Positions 27,563-37,319 of a stretch of DNA of 64,000 bases are shown here, one piece after another; position 1 is the first letter of the stretch; every line of letters begins with the position of its first letter. The notes beneath the pieces were generated by a model. It was given only the letters and a program-made list of their open reading frames with translations. It was not told where the DNA came from and made no database searches. This DNA comes from an uncultured Gammaproteobacteria bacterium (GTDB lineage Bacteria; Patescibacteriota; Patescibacteriia; JAHIZJ01): NCBI GenBank assembly GCA_964594455.1, contig CAZQLY010000001.1, forward strand, positions 69,989 to 133,988. The letters run 5' to 3'. The position numbers and the translations under genes were made by a program.

Positions 27563-30477
27563 AATTTAACGAACAGGTAACAGTAGAAAATTATATTATC
27601 AAGTTTATTCAAAATAAGCTTGGTTATGAATACGTTAAGCCAGAGGAATTTGCTAAATACCGTGATCTTGAGAGTGAATATATTATCACCCCACTTTTAG
27701 AGAATGCTATTAAGAACCTCAATCAAGATATTACAGAAAATGAAATTAAAAATGTCATTCGCGAAGTCAAAAAGATTGATACAAATCAAGGTTTCCTAGA
27801 GGCCTTGAGAAACGGAGTTAACTTAAAAAATCCCAAGACAGGCAAGAAGCACGATTATAAATTACTTGATTTTGAGAATCCTGAGAATAATCAATTTGTC
27901 GTTACCAATCAATTTTATTTCGAGGGCGACAGTGAGAATATTCGACCTGATGTTATGATTTTTGTTAACGGATTGCCACTTGTGGATATTGAAGCAAAGA
28001 GCCCGACTGCCTCAGAGGGTGTCAGCTTTGAGAATGGAATGGATCAGATTAAGCGATACGAAAAGGTAGCCCGAAAATTATTCATTCCAAATTGTTTTAA
28101 TATTGCTAGTGACGGACTTAAAACGGTATATGGCGCGACTGGCGCACCGAAACAGTACTTTTTTCAATGGCGCGATGAGGATAAAGAAAAAGAGATGGGT
28201 GGCGAACTTGAGATGACCTTGTTTGCACTTTTAGCAAAGGAAAATTTCTTGGATATTGTGCAGAATTTTATACTGTTCGAAAAAGAGAAAGAAATGCTCG
28301 TGAAGAAAATTACTCGATATCAACAAATGCGTGCGACGAATAAGATTGTCGAGCGAGTGGTGAATAAGGAAAAGCGACAAGGTTTAATTTGGCACACACA
28401 AGGTTCAGGTAAGACATTAACCATGTTTTTCACTGCGTGGAAATTACGCTTTAATAAATTGTTGAATAATCCAAAGGTTTTTATTTTGGTTGACCGAGTT
28501 GATTTAGATGATCAGATATTTGAAACGTTTACTAACGCCGGGGGTAAAAATGTCATTCGTGTTATTTCCCGAAAAGATTTAGAAGAGAAGATTCAGTCCC
28601 CAATGAGTGGTATATTTATCACTACCATTCAAAAATTTTCAGAACTCGGTAGCAAGGTAGAAAATTTAGAAGAGAATGTGATTATTCTTTCTGATGAAGC
28701 ACACCGCGGTGATGAGGGAGTGTCAGGTATTAATATGCGTAACGCATTTAAAAAAGCGTTTTTCTTCGGGTTTACTGGTACGCCAATCGATAAAACGCAT
28801 ACAAATACATTTCGCAATTACGAAGGTGAGGGTAAGCGCTATCTTGATTATTATTCCATTCAGCAGGCAATTGATGATGGCGCGACCATTCCCGTTACCT
28901 ATGAAGCGCGGTTGTCTAAGTTTTCTATTGATGAGGAAAAGTTAGATCAGCAGTTTGATGAGATTGCTGGTGATCTTTCAGATAAGCACAAAACTGAATT
29001 GGTAAAGAAATATGGAAAGAAGGCAGCACTTGTGAAACTACCAAAACGTATGGAGGCAATAGCACGTGATATAGTGGAGCATTATAAACTATATATAGAA
29101 CCGAATGGCTTTAAGGCGCAAGTTGTGGCTTACGATCGTGAAGCTGTTGCTGGGTATAAAAAGTTACTTGATGAATTAGTGCCAGCTGAATGGTCTGCCG
29201 TGGTGTATTCGCCCGGTGATCCCAACAGTGATGCCGATGATCTGAAGGCGTATAACACGAGCAAAAACGAGAGAGAGAAGATTATTGAACGATTTAAAGA
29301 TCCGAAATCTCCTCTTAAATTTCTTTTAGTCTGTGATATGTTGCTGACTGGTTTTGATGCACCTGTTGAACAAGTAATGTACCTGGATAAACCACTCCGC
29401 GATCATAATTTATTGCAAGCGATCGCGCGAACGAACAGGGTTTACAATAAAAAAAAGGAAGCGGGAAAAATCATTGATTATTATGGGATAACTAGGAACT
29501 TATACGATGCGCTTGATTTTGATGAGGATATAGTCGATTCCGCGATGATTGATATAGATAGAGTCAAGCAAAGGTTCACTGATGTGTTGGATGATGTCAT
29601 GAAGATTTTCACTGGGGTCAATATTGAGGACCCTTCAATGGATAATTTGCGGCGTTGTTTAAAAATTTTCATTGATAATCAAGATAAGCAAAAATATTTT
29701 GTCGAAAAATATACGAAACTTAAGAGCTTATTTGAATTTTTATCGCCAGATCCATTCTTGAAACAGTATGTCCGCAAGTTTGAATGGCTCACCAGTTTTT
29801 ATCTAGCTTTTTTGAAAGAATATCGTAGTGAAGAGGATAGATATTTACTGGAAGAATATGGTGAAAAAGTAAAAGAACTGATTCAAAAGAGTGATATTAT
29901 TGACTACGAAGGTATAACTAAGAATTTTCGGGAGCTCAAGGTCAATGAATTGTATACCCTTGAACGTCTCAAAGGCATGGACGACGAGGAAAAGGCGCTC
30001 AATTTGGAGAAAATGCTTAAGCAGGAAATTTCTATTAAACTTGATGAAGATCCTGCCTTCCAAAAGTTTAGCGAGCGCCTCACGGCAATACGGCGAGAGT
30101 TCGAACAAAATCAAATTGATCTTGCTGAGAGGATTCGCAGATATGAGGAATTAATGAAAGATATTAAATCTAAAGGTGATGAAGCCAAGGAGCTAGGGCT
30201 TGATCTAAAAGAATATGCACTATATGTGATCTCTCAGGAGTTTGCTAGTGATAAAGAGGTGGATGTTATTAAAGAGTTCGTTAGAGAGTTACGCGTTCGT
30301 ATTGAGGATGATCTAGACGCTGGTTGGCAAGATTCTTCAAAACGCGACGTATTTATTAAGGATATCAAACAAACCTTGCAAGAATTGATTTTAAAAGACT
30401 ATAAAGGCCGACTGAAGGTTAAAGATTTTCCAAAATTCATGAATAGACTTGTAGATATCATTATCAAGAAATTCTAA
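27559..30477 (+). CDS. hsdR: Type I R-M restriction subunit
   Basis: RPD...IEAK nuclease, WHTQGSGKT, DEAHR, FTGTP, MLLTGFDAP and QAIARTNR. Confidence 0.95.
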   Translation: MKFNEQVTVENYIIKFIQNKLGYEYVKPEEFAKYRDLESEYIITPLLENAIKNLNQDITENEIKNVIREVKKIDTNQGFLEALRNGVNLKNPKTGKKHDYKLLDFENPENNQFVVTNQFYFEGDSENIRPDVMIFVNGLPLVDIEAKSPTASEGVSFENGMDQIKRYEKVARKLFIPNCFNIASDGLKTVYGATGAPKQYFFQWRDEDKEKEMGGELEMTLFALLAKENFLDIVQNFILFEKEKEMLVKKITRYQQMRATNKIVERVVNKEKRQGLIWHTQGSGKTLTMFFTAWKLRFNKLLNNPKVFILVDRVDLDDQIFETFTNAGGKNVIRVISRKDLEEKIQSPMSGIFITTIQKFSELGSKVENLEENVIILSDEAHRGDEGVSGINMRNAFKKAFFFGFTGTPIDKTHTNTFRNYEGEGKRYLDYYSIQQAIDDGATIPVTYEARLSKFSIDEEKLDQQFDEIAGDLSDKHKTELVKKYGKKAALVKLPKRMEAIARDIVEHYKLYIEPNGFKAQVVAYDREAVAGYKKLLDELVPAEWSAVVYSPGDPNSDADDLKAYNTSKNEREKIIERFKDPKSPLKFLLVCDMLLTGFDAPVEQVMYLDKPLRDHNLLQAIARTNRVYNKKKEAGKIIDYYGITRNLYDALDFDEDIVDSAMIDIDRVKQRFTDVLDDVMKIFTGVNIEDPSMDNLRRCLKIFIDNQDKQKYFVEKYTKLKSLFEFLSPDPFLKQYVRKFEWLTSFYLAFLKEYRSEEDRYLLEEYGEKVKELIQKSDIIDYEGITKNFRELKVNELYTLERLKGMDDEEKALNLEKMLKQEISIKLDEDPAFQKFSERLTAIRREFEQNQIDLAERIRRYEELMKDIKSKGDEAKELGLDLKEYALYVISQEFASDKEVDVIKEFVRELRVRIEDDLDAGWQDSSKRDVFIKDIKQTLQELILKDYKGRLKVKDFPKFMNRLVDIIIKKF

Positions 30478-30481
30478 TACA

Positions 30482-31021
30482 ATGACTAATCGCATTACCT
30501 ATACCGTAAAAAGAAGCAAGCGAGCAAAACTAATGCGTCTCGCGGTGTATTGTGATGGTCGGGTTGTAGTAACTGCCCCTATAAATATTCAGGAGTCAAT
30601 AATTCAAAAAATCGTACGGGAGAAGAGTCAATGGTTAGTCCAAAAGATAGATTTTTTTGCACAATTTAAAAATCAACCGATAGCTCGATATAGTAGAAAT
30701 CATTTTCTACAACACAAGGAGAGTGCTCACGAGTTTGTGTCATCGCGCCTAGCCAATCTAAACAAAAAATATGGTTATAATTATAATCAAATTAACATAA
30801 AAAATCAGAAAACTCGCTGGGGTAGTTGTTCAAAAAAAGGAAATTTGAATTTTAATTATAAAATAAAGTTTTTACCAACAAAATTGGCCGACTATATTAT
30901 TGTGCATGAGCTTTGTCATTTGAAAGAGTTTAACCATTCGCGTAAATTTTGGAACCTAGTTGGTAGAACTTTTGCAAATTATAAGGACATCAGAAAGGAA
31001 ATGGTCGCATGGAGAGTGTAA
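30482..31021 (+). CDS. M48/YgjP-like Zn metalloprotease (DUF45)
   Basis: KTRWGSCS, YIIVHELCH and NHSRKFW; usual position after hsdR. Confidence 0.88.
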   Translation: MTNRITYTVKRSKRAKLMRLAVYCDGRVVVTAPINIQESIIQKIVREKSQWLVQKIDFFAQFKNQPIARYSRNHFLQHKESAHEFVSSRLANLNKKYGYNYNQINIKNQKTRWGSCSKKGNLNFNYKIKFLPTKLADYIIVHELCHLKEFNHSRKFWNLVGRTFANYKDIRKEMVAWRV

Positions 31022-31383
31022 ATATAATTAATATTATATTTAATGGAATTAATGAGGGCAAAAAAGAAGCGGCCCAGATTTTGTGGGATATACTTATATC
31101 ATTTTTTCACCAGTACATATTATTCTTTTTAGCGATTGTAATTAGTCTATTGATTTTTTCTTTTACCAAAGCCGTACTCGGTAGGTGGGGCATGCTCGGA
31201 AGTGTGCTTTATAATATATTGTATTTTGGGATTTTATTTATTGTGGGTTCAATTTGGGGACCCAGTATATTTGTAAGCAATTATTTTCATCTTGCTTGCA
31301 CAGTAGTATTGTATCCTATTTGTTATCAGATAGTGGGTTTTATTCTAAATACAACAGGACTTCGGAGAAGCTATGCTCAATAA
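31009..31383 (+). CDS. Hypothetical membrane protein
   Basis: 124 aa, about 3 hydrophobic segments. Confidence 0.6.
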   Translation: MESVNIINIIFNGINEGKKEAAQILWDILISFFHQYILFFLAIVISLLIFSFTKAVLGRWGMLGSVLYNILYFGILFIVGSIWGPSIFVSNYFHLACTVVLYPICYQIVGFILNTTGLRRSYAQ

Positions 31384-31519
31384 TTATTCATCTTATTTTA
31401 ACCATTGGAGCGGAAGCTGTCCGTAGCGATGCATCGCAGACGACGCTCTGGTAAAACTATGTTGCCAGAGCACTTTTAAAGAAAAAGATCAGTTAATATT
31501 AATTTATTAATTAAAACCT

Positions 31520-32038
31520 ATGGAACAACTTGCTACTAACACCACTACTTGGTATGTCATTTTGCCAATCATGCTTATCATGCTGGCAGGAATTATTTGG
31601 TTTATCATTGGGTTGAAGACAGTCATTTGGAAAAAGGTTGTTATGATATTATTGGGATTTTTTTCTTTTATTGGATTCTCGGCAGTTTTATTGAGTGTTT
31701 ATTATCAGACCAGCACTGTTTTTTCCGGATCATTTGATTTATACGCTTATTCAGTCTTTGCTCCTGAGCGGGATCCTTTTGATATTCCTGAAGGGGATTA
31801 TGATACTGTCTTGGCTACCTTTGGAGTGTATAAGGAAAATGGAGAATTAAAAGTTATGCGTGTGCCAAATTCTTCTACTCAGTATGGAGCCTATCTATTT
31901 AGTCCTGGCAAATGGATGGTGGTTGATGTAAATGATGATGTTATTACTCTCTCGGAATCCGAGCCAAATATAACTGAGATGTCTTTTTGGTGGGCAATGA
32001 CTAAAGATTTGTACAACCTTAAAGTGTCAGTAGAGTAG
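31520..32038 (+). CDS. Hypothetical membrane protein
   Basis: Two N-terminal TMs; followed by a terminator at ~32056-32090. Confidence 0.6.
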   Translation: MEQLATNTTTWYVILPIMLIMLAGIIWFIIGLKTVIWKKVVMILLGFFSFIGFSAVLLSVYYQTSTVFSGSFDLYAYSVFAPERDPFDIPEGDYDTVLATFGVYKENGELKVMRVPNSSTQYGAYLFSPGKWMVVDVNDDVITLSESEPNITEMSFWWAMTKDLYNLKVSVE

Positions 32039-32172
32039 TTAAGTTATTATTTAATAAAAAAAGCCCATCTGAAGAAATGATGGGTCTTTTTGAGCTGAGC
32101 TAAAGATTCTGGAAGTTTCAGGAATGAAAAGTCTTGTAACTAATAATGGTTATAATGTGGTATCATTTAAAT

Positions 32173-32406
32173 ATGAATATGTCAATACCAAAAGAGCTAG
32201 AAATAAAGGTAATAACGAATGCCAAAGCAGTGTCGGTTGAAGAGAAAGACGGGATTTATATAGTCCGTCTAACCAGCCAGCCGGAAAAAGGCCAAGCCAA
32301 CAAGCAGCTGATAAAAGTGATGTCAGACCATCTAAGAATCCCTAAGTCTAGGATAAAAATTAAATCAGGCCAGACCAGCCGGCGCAAGAAGCTGCTTGTA
32401 TTTTGA
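32173..32406 (+). CDS. DUF167/YggU family protein
   Basis: PEKGQANKQLI and IKSGQTSRRK. Confidence 0.8.
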   Translation: MNMSIPKELEIKVITNAKAVSVEEKDGIYIVRLTSQPEKGQANKQLIKVMSDHLRIPKSRIKIKSGQTSRRKKLLVF

Positions 32407-32457
32407 TTTACGAGCCTATTTATGCTATTCTATCTTTAGATTATTAAGCCCAAAAAC

Positions 32458-32829
32458 ATGGCTGATACCAAGAAAATTTTATTTATCGAGGACGAAAAAG
32501 AGGTAGTAGAGGCTTTTGCTGAGCGGTTTAAACAGCACAATGTTGAAGTTATCTCAGCCGGAGATGGCCAGGAGGGGCTCAAGCTGGCTGAAGAACAAAA
32601 ACCGGATCTTATCCTGCTGGATTTGATCTTGCCCAAGATGCATGGTTTTGAATTTTTGGAAAAGTTGCGATCAGACGAAAGTTTAAAAGATACTCCGGTC
32701 ATTGTCTTGTCCAATTTGGGAGGAGAGCTGAATGTGACCAAGGCCAAAGACTTGGGTGTCAAAGATTATTTAGTTAAGACCGAAACAAAAGTTGACCAGA
32801 CGGTTGAGAAAATAGTTAATCAATTATAA
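32458..32829 (+). CDS. Receiver-only response regulator
   Basis: ILFIEDE, PDLILLDLILP, LSN and YLVK. Confidence 0.9.
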   Translation: MADTKKILFIEDEKEVVEAFAERFKQHNVEVISAGDGQEGLKLAEEQKPDLILLDLILPKMHGFEFLEKLRSDESLKDTPVIVLSNLGGELNVTKAKDLGVKDYLVKTETKVDQTVEKIVNQL

Positions 32830-32847
32830 CCAAAAAAAGTATTCTTT

Positions 32848-33228
32848 ATGTCGAAGGCGAAGAAAAAAAAGATATTGATCATTGAAGACGAGCAAACTTT
32901 GGCCAAATCGCTCAGCGACAAGCTGACGCGCGAAGGCTATGAAGTTATCGCGGAGATTGATGGAGCCATGGGCCTGAAAAGAGTGATTGAGGAAATGCCG
33001 GATCTTGTTATCCTGGACATCATTTTGCCGGGCTTGAACGGATTGGAAGTATTGAAATCGCTAAAAGGGAGGGATAAGACAAAGAATGTTCCGGTTATTT
33101 TGGTCAGCAATGTCGATGATATGAAGAGCACTCGAGACGCCAAGAAGCTGGGTGCGGCCAATTACTTGCTCAAGTCAAATGTCACCCTGGCTAATATCAT
33201 TGAGGAGATAAAAAAACATATTAAATAA
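32848..33228 (+). CDS. Receiver-only response regulator
   Basis: ILIIEDE, PDLVILDIILP, VSN and YLLK. Confidence 0.9.
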   Translation: MSKAKKKKILIIEDEQTLAKSLSDKLTREGYEVIAEIDGAMGLKRVIEEMPDLVILDIILPGLNGLEVLKSLKGRDKTKNVPVILVSNVDDMKSTRDAKKLGAANYLLKSNVTLANIIEEIKKHIK

Positions 33229-33306
33229 TATCTTGCTAAGTGGCGTGTAATCTACTATAATAGTTGCACACGCTTGTTTGTTTTATTGCGTAATTATTGA
33301 TAAATA

Positions 33307-36222
33307 ATGTTGCCCAAGTTTCCTGAGCTGGAAGAAAAAGTACTGGCTCACTGGAAAAAGAATAAAATATTCGACAAAACCTTAGAGCAGACTGCCAAAG
33401 GAAAGCGGTTTGTCTTTTTTGAGGGCCCGCCGACCGCTAACGGCAAGCCGGGCATCCACCATGTGCTAGCTCGAGTCTTCAAGGATCTGATCCCGCGCTT
33501 CAAGACCATGCAGGGGTATTTTGTGGAACGCAAAGCCGGCTGGGACACCCAGGGCTTGCCAGTGGAATTAGAAGTCGAGAAGCGGATCGGCGTCTCGGGC
33601 AAACAGGATATAGAAAAATACGGCATAGAAAAATTTAATGCCGCCTGTCGAGATAGTGTTTGGAAGTATCAAAAAGAATGGCAAGAATTAACTGAGCGGA
33701 TCGGTTTCTGGCTGGATTTGGAACATCCTTATATCACTTATCACAATTCCTATATTGAAACGCTCTGGTGGATATTTAAGCAGATTTGGGACAAGGGCTT
33801 GCTGGTCCAGGGCCACAAAGTAGTGCCGCAATGTCCGAGTTGCGGTACGGCTTTGTCATCCCATGAAGTAGCTCAAGGTTATGAGAAAATAAAAGAACCA
33901 TCAGTTTATGTAAAATTAGAATTGGTTGACGAACCAAAGACTTATGTTCTGGCTTGGACAACCACTCCCTGGACTTTACCGGGCAATGTAGCTCTGGCTG
34001 TAGGAAAAAAAATCGATTATATTATTACCCAACCCAATGATAAGGGAGAAAGATTTATTTTAGCCAGCGAATTGGCTGGTAAGGTTTTAGGAGAGGAATT
34101 TGATATTAGTGGAGCAGAAAAAATCAAAGGCGATAAACTAATTGGCAAGAAGTATCAGCCACTGTTTGAGATTGAAGCGTTTAAAGATAGCGATACAGCC
34201 TATAAGATTTATGAAGCGGATTTCGTTTCTACTGCGGACGGTACTGGAGTGGTTCACACCGCAGTAATGTACGGTGAAGACGATTATCAATTGGGCAAAA
34301 AAGTCGGATTGCCCAAACAGCATACGGTCAATGAAGATGGCAAATTCAACGAGCTGGTTCCCCAGTGGCAAGGCAAGTTTGTTAAAGATGTTGATAATGA
34401 AATCATTGAAGATTTGAAGTCGCGTAGCTTATGGTTTAAGACTGAAGATTATGAGCATGATTATCCGTTTTGCTGGCGCTGCCACGGACCGCTAGTCTAT
34501 TACGCTAAGGATTCCTGGTTTATAAAGATGTCGGAATTGCGCGAAGAGCTGATCAAGAACAACGAGCAGATAAATTGGGTGCCGGAGCATTTCCAGCGCG
34601 GACGGTTCGGCGAATGGCTGAACGAAGTAAAAGACTGGGCTATTTCCCGCGAACGTTATTGGGGTACGCCCATACCGGTTTGGATTTGCGATAAATGCGG
34701 GGAGCAAGAATGTATTGGCAGCTTTGAAGAGCTGGCAGAAAAGACTGGTGATAAGAAGGTTTTGTCAGAAGAATTCGATCCGCACCGGCCGTTTATTGAT
34801 CGGGTAACTTTTAAATGTCAATGCGGCGGCGAGATGAAACGCATTCCTGAAGTGGCCGATACCTGGTTTGATTCCGGGTCCATGCCTTTTGCTCAGTGGC
34901 ATTATCCTTTTGAGAATAAAGAACGGATAGACAAAGGAATTAGCTTCCCGGCTGATTATATTGCTGAGGCGATCGACCAGACTCGAGGCTGGTTCTATAC
35001 TTTGCTGGCCATTTCTACTGCCTTGGGCCAAAAAGTTCCTCCTTATAAAAATGTCATTTGCCTGGGCCACATCCTGGATGTTGACGGCCAAAAGATGAGC
35101 AAGCATATTGGCAATGTGATCAACCCCTGGGAAGTGATAGACGAATTTGGCATTGATGCGGTGCGCTGGTATCTCTATACCTTGAACCAGCCCGGCGAGT
35201 ATAAACGTTTTGATAAAGAAGGCGTTCGGGAAGTGGTGAAGAAGAATTTCCTGATTCTCTGGAACGTTTTGAGTTTTTACCAGCTCTACCAGGAAAAAGG
35301 CCGGCCAGTTCCAGACCAACCCAATGCTAAGCACATCATGGATCGCTGGATTCTGGCCAAACTGCATGAACTGGTCAGCGAGGTTACGAAATATTTGGAA
35401 AACTATCAGATCATAGAGGCTGGCCGGGCGATCAGTATTTTTATCAATGAATTATCAACTTGGTATTTGCGAAGAAGCCGGGAGCGGTTTAAGAGCGATG
35501 AAGCGGAAGTAAAGCAGTCGGCGGTTCAAACCCTAGGCTACACCTTGGGCGAGGTGACTAAATTGTTAGCTCCGTTTACGCCTTTTGTAGCCGAAGGCTT
35601 GTATCAGGAGTTAGGCGGGCAAAAAGACAGCGTGCACCTGGAGGCCTGGCCCAAACCAGCCAAAGACTTAAAAGACGAGAAGCTGATCCGAGAGATGGAT
35701 AAGCTGCGCCAGATCGTAGAATTAGTCCACTCAGCTCGGGCCGAGAAGGGGATCAAAGTAAGACAACCATTATCCCAGCTTATAGTTAAAGGTCCTGAGC
35801 TGCGCACGGACTTGGTTGATATTTTGAAGGCTGAAGTAAATATCCAGGATATATTTTTTCGCGATGAGCTACCACCTTCAGCCGACTGGCACAAGAAAGA
35901 AGGCGGCAGCTTGGCCGTGGCTATCGATACCACTATTACTAAGGAGCTTTATTATCAAGGATTTATTAGAGAAGTTATTCGAAATGTAAACAGCTTGCGC
36001 AAACAGGCCGGTTTAACCATTGATGATCAGGTAGCCTTAATATTTGATACGCCAGCTGATGATTTGAAGATGGCCCTGGAGAATTCAGCCGATTTGGTCC
36101 AGCGGGAAACTTTGTCAGTCGAAATAATCAAATCGAAGATTGACCCCGAGGCAGTAGTGGCGCACAAAGAATTCAAACAGGATAAGAAATCCATTACCTT
36201 TGGTATAAAAAAACTAGGATAA
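33307..36222 (+). CDS. ileS: Isoleucine--tRNA ligase (type 2)
   Basis: EGPPTANG, GWDTQGLP, WTTTPWTL, DWAISRERYWG, DQTRGWFY and KMSK. Confidence 0.97.
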   Translation: MLPKFPELEEKVLAHWKKNKIFDKTLEQTAKGKRFVFFEGPPTANGKPGIHHVLARVFKDLIPRFKTMQGYFVERKAGWDTQGLPVELEVEKRIGVSGKQDIEKYGIEKFNAACRDSVWKYQKEWQELTERIGFWLDLEHPYITYHNSYIETLWWIFKQIWDKGLLVQGHKVVPQCPSCGTALSSHEVAQGYEKIKEPSVYVKLELVDEPKTYVLAWTTTPWTLPGNVALAVGKKIDYIITQPNDKGERFILASELAGKVLGEEFDISGAEKIKGDKLIGKKYQPLFEIEAFKDSDTAYKIYEADFVSTADGTGVVHTAVMYGEDDYQLGKKVGLPKQHTVNEDGKFNELVPQWQGKFVKDVDNEIIEDLKSRSLWFKTEDYEHDYPFCWRCHGPLVYYAKDSWFIKMSELREELIKNNEQINWVPEHFQRGRFGEWLNEVKDWAISRERYWGTPIPVWICDKCGEQECIGSFEELAEKTGDKKVLSEEFDPHRPFIDRVTFKCQCGGEMKRIPEVADTWFDSGSMPFAQWHYPFENKERIDKGISFPADYIAEAIDQTRGWFYTLLAISTALGQKVPPYKNVICLGHILDVDGQKMSKHIGNVINPWEVIDEFGIDAVRWYLYTLNQPGEYKRFDKEGVREVVKKNFLILWNVLSFYQLYQEKGRPVPDQPNAKHIMDRWILAKLHELVSEVTKYLENYQIIEAGRAISIFINELSTWYLRRSRERFKSDEAEVKQSAVQTLGYTLGEVTKLLAPFTPFVAEGLYQELGGQKDSVHLEAWPKPAKDLKDEKLIREMDKLRQIVELVHSARAEKGIKVRQPLSQLIVKGPELRTDLVDILKAEVNIQDIFFRDELPPSADWHKKEGGSLAVAIDTTITKELYYQGFIREVIRNVNSLRKQAGLTIDDQVALIFDTPADDLKMALENSADLVQRETLSVEIIKSKIDPEAVVAHKEFKQDKKSITFGIKKLG

Positions 36223-37020
36223 ATGCCCAGTACTTATAAAACCGACGGGCTGGTGATACGCCGACAACCGCTGCGCGAAACAGATCGGCTGATTGTGGTG
36301 CTCACGCCGGATCGAGGCAAGCTGGAATTAGTAGCCCGAGGCGCTTCCAAAATAAAAAGCAAATTGGCAGCTCATCTGGAACCATATACCTACAGTCGCT
36401 TGATGATCGCCCAAGGCCGGTCGCGCGATACAATAGCCGCCAGTCAGACGCTCATGCGTTTTAATAGTTTTACCCAATCTATAATAAAGAAGGCCTGGGT
36501 TGATTATACGGCTGAGATTGTGGACCGTCTGGTCCATACCAATGAGCCGGAACCGCATATTTTCAGATTGGTTTTTGCCACTTGGGAAATGCTGGACCAG
36601 CAGCCGGTACGCTCACCCCAGGAGTATGCCAACGGCTTTATCTTGGTGGCCGGCTTCATAATAAAACTATTCAGTGAGTTGGGTTATAGACCAGAATTAA
36701 GGTATTGCAGCAATTGCGGACAAAGATTGACGCGGGATGGCAATGTCTATGATTTTTCTCAGGGCGGGATTGTTTGTTCGCACTGCCAGGAGGAAAAAGT
36801 TGACCCTAGCCAAAAATTAGCTTTGACTATTCCAACCATAAAGTTATTAAGATTTTTGCAACAAGCCGATTACGAACATATCCAGAAATTATCAGTGTCG
36901 AGTGCAAAACTCAAAGACCTCAAGAATGTTATCGAGAGATTTTTAGGATATTATATTGATTCAGATCTGCGGACAGTGGAGTTTCTGCACACTCTCAGCA
37001 ATCATAAAGCCTTGGCCTGA
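36223..37020 (+). CDS. recO: DNA repair protein RecO
   Basis: ETDR, GKLELVARG, LGYRPEL and a CxxC...CxxC Zn finger. Confidence 0.93.
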   Translation: MPSTYKTDGLVIRRQPLRETDRLIVVLTPDRGKLELVARGASKIKSKLAAHLEPYTYSRLMIAQGRSRDTIAASQTLMRFNSFTQSIIKKAWVDYTAEIVDRLVHTNEPEPHIFRLVFATWEMLDQQPVRSPQEYANGFILVAGFIIKLFSELGYRPELRYCSNCGQRLTRDGNVYDFSQGGIVCSHCQEEKVDPSQKLALTIPTIKLLRFLQQADYEHIQKLSVSSAKLKDLKNVIERFLGYYIDSDLRTVEFLHTLSNHKALA

Positions 37021-37090
37021 AAAGTTTGACAAAATAGTTTCAATAATATAAATTGCTTTGGTGTAGCGGACACTGAACAAGGAGGTGGGC

Positions 37091-37249
37091 ATGAGTCAGA
37101 GGCATAAAAACTATGTCCCGAATCACGAGGCTCCGACCAATCCAGACGTTCGTCGTCAGCGCAGACTGATGCTGGTGTTCGGTATTCTCGTGGCTATCAT
37201 CACTGTTGGCGCCATTGTCGGCTCTCTGCTGTCTGGCGGCGCTCAGTGA
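37091..37249 (+). CDS. Small single-TM protein (52 aa), absent from the ORF track
   Basis: TTGACA(37026)-17-TAAATT, AAGGAGG SD, MSQRHKNYVPNHEAPTNPDVRRQRRLMLVFGILVAIITVGAIVGSLLSGGAQ. Confidence 0.7.
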   Translation: MSQRHKNYVPNHEAPTNPDVRRQRRLMLVFGILVAIITVGAIVGSLLSGGAQ

Positions 37250-37251
37250 TC

Positions 37252-37280
37252 AGGTGATCTCAATCGGATCACCTTTTTTT
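37252..37280 (+). terminator. Intrinsic terminator
   Basis: AGGTGATC-loop-GATCACCT followed by a T-run. Confidence 0.8.
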
Positions 37281-37319
37281 ATTGCCAAAATAGAGAAATA
37301 ATGCTATAATGCCAAAACT

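Noticed and set aside
34765-35367. Long antisense ORFs within ileS and other core genes
   Set aside because: Shadow frames of well-supported genes.
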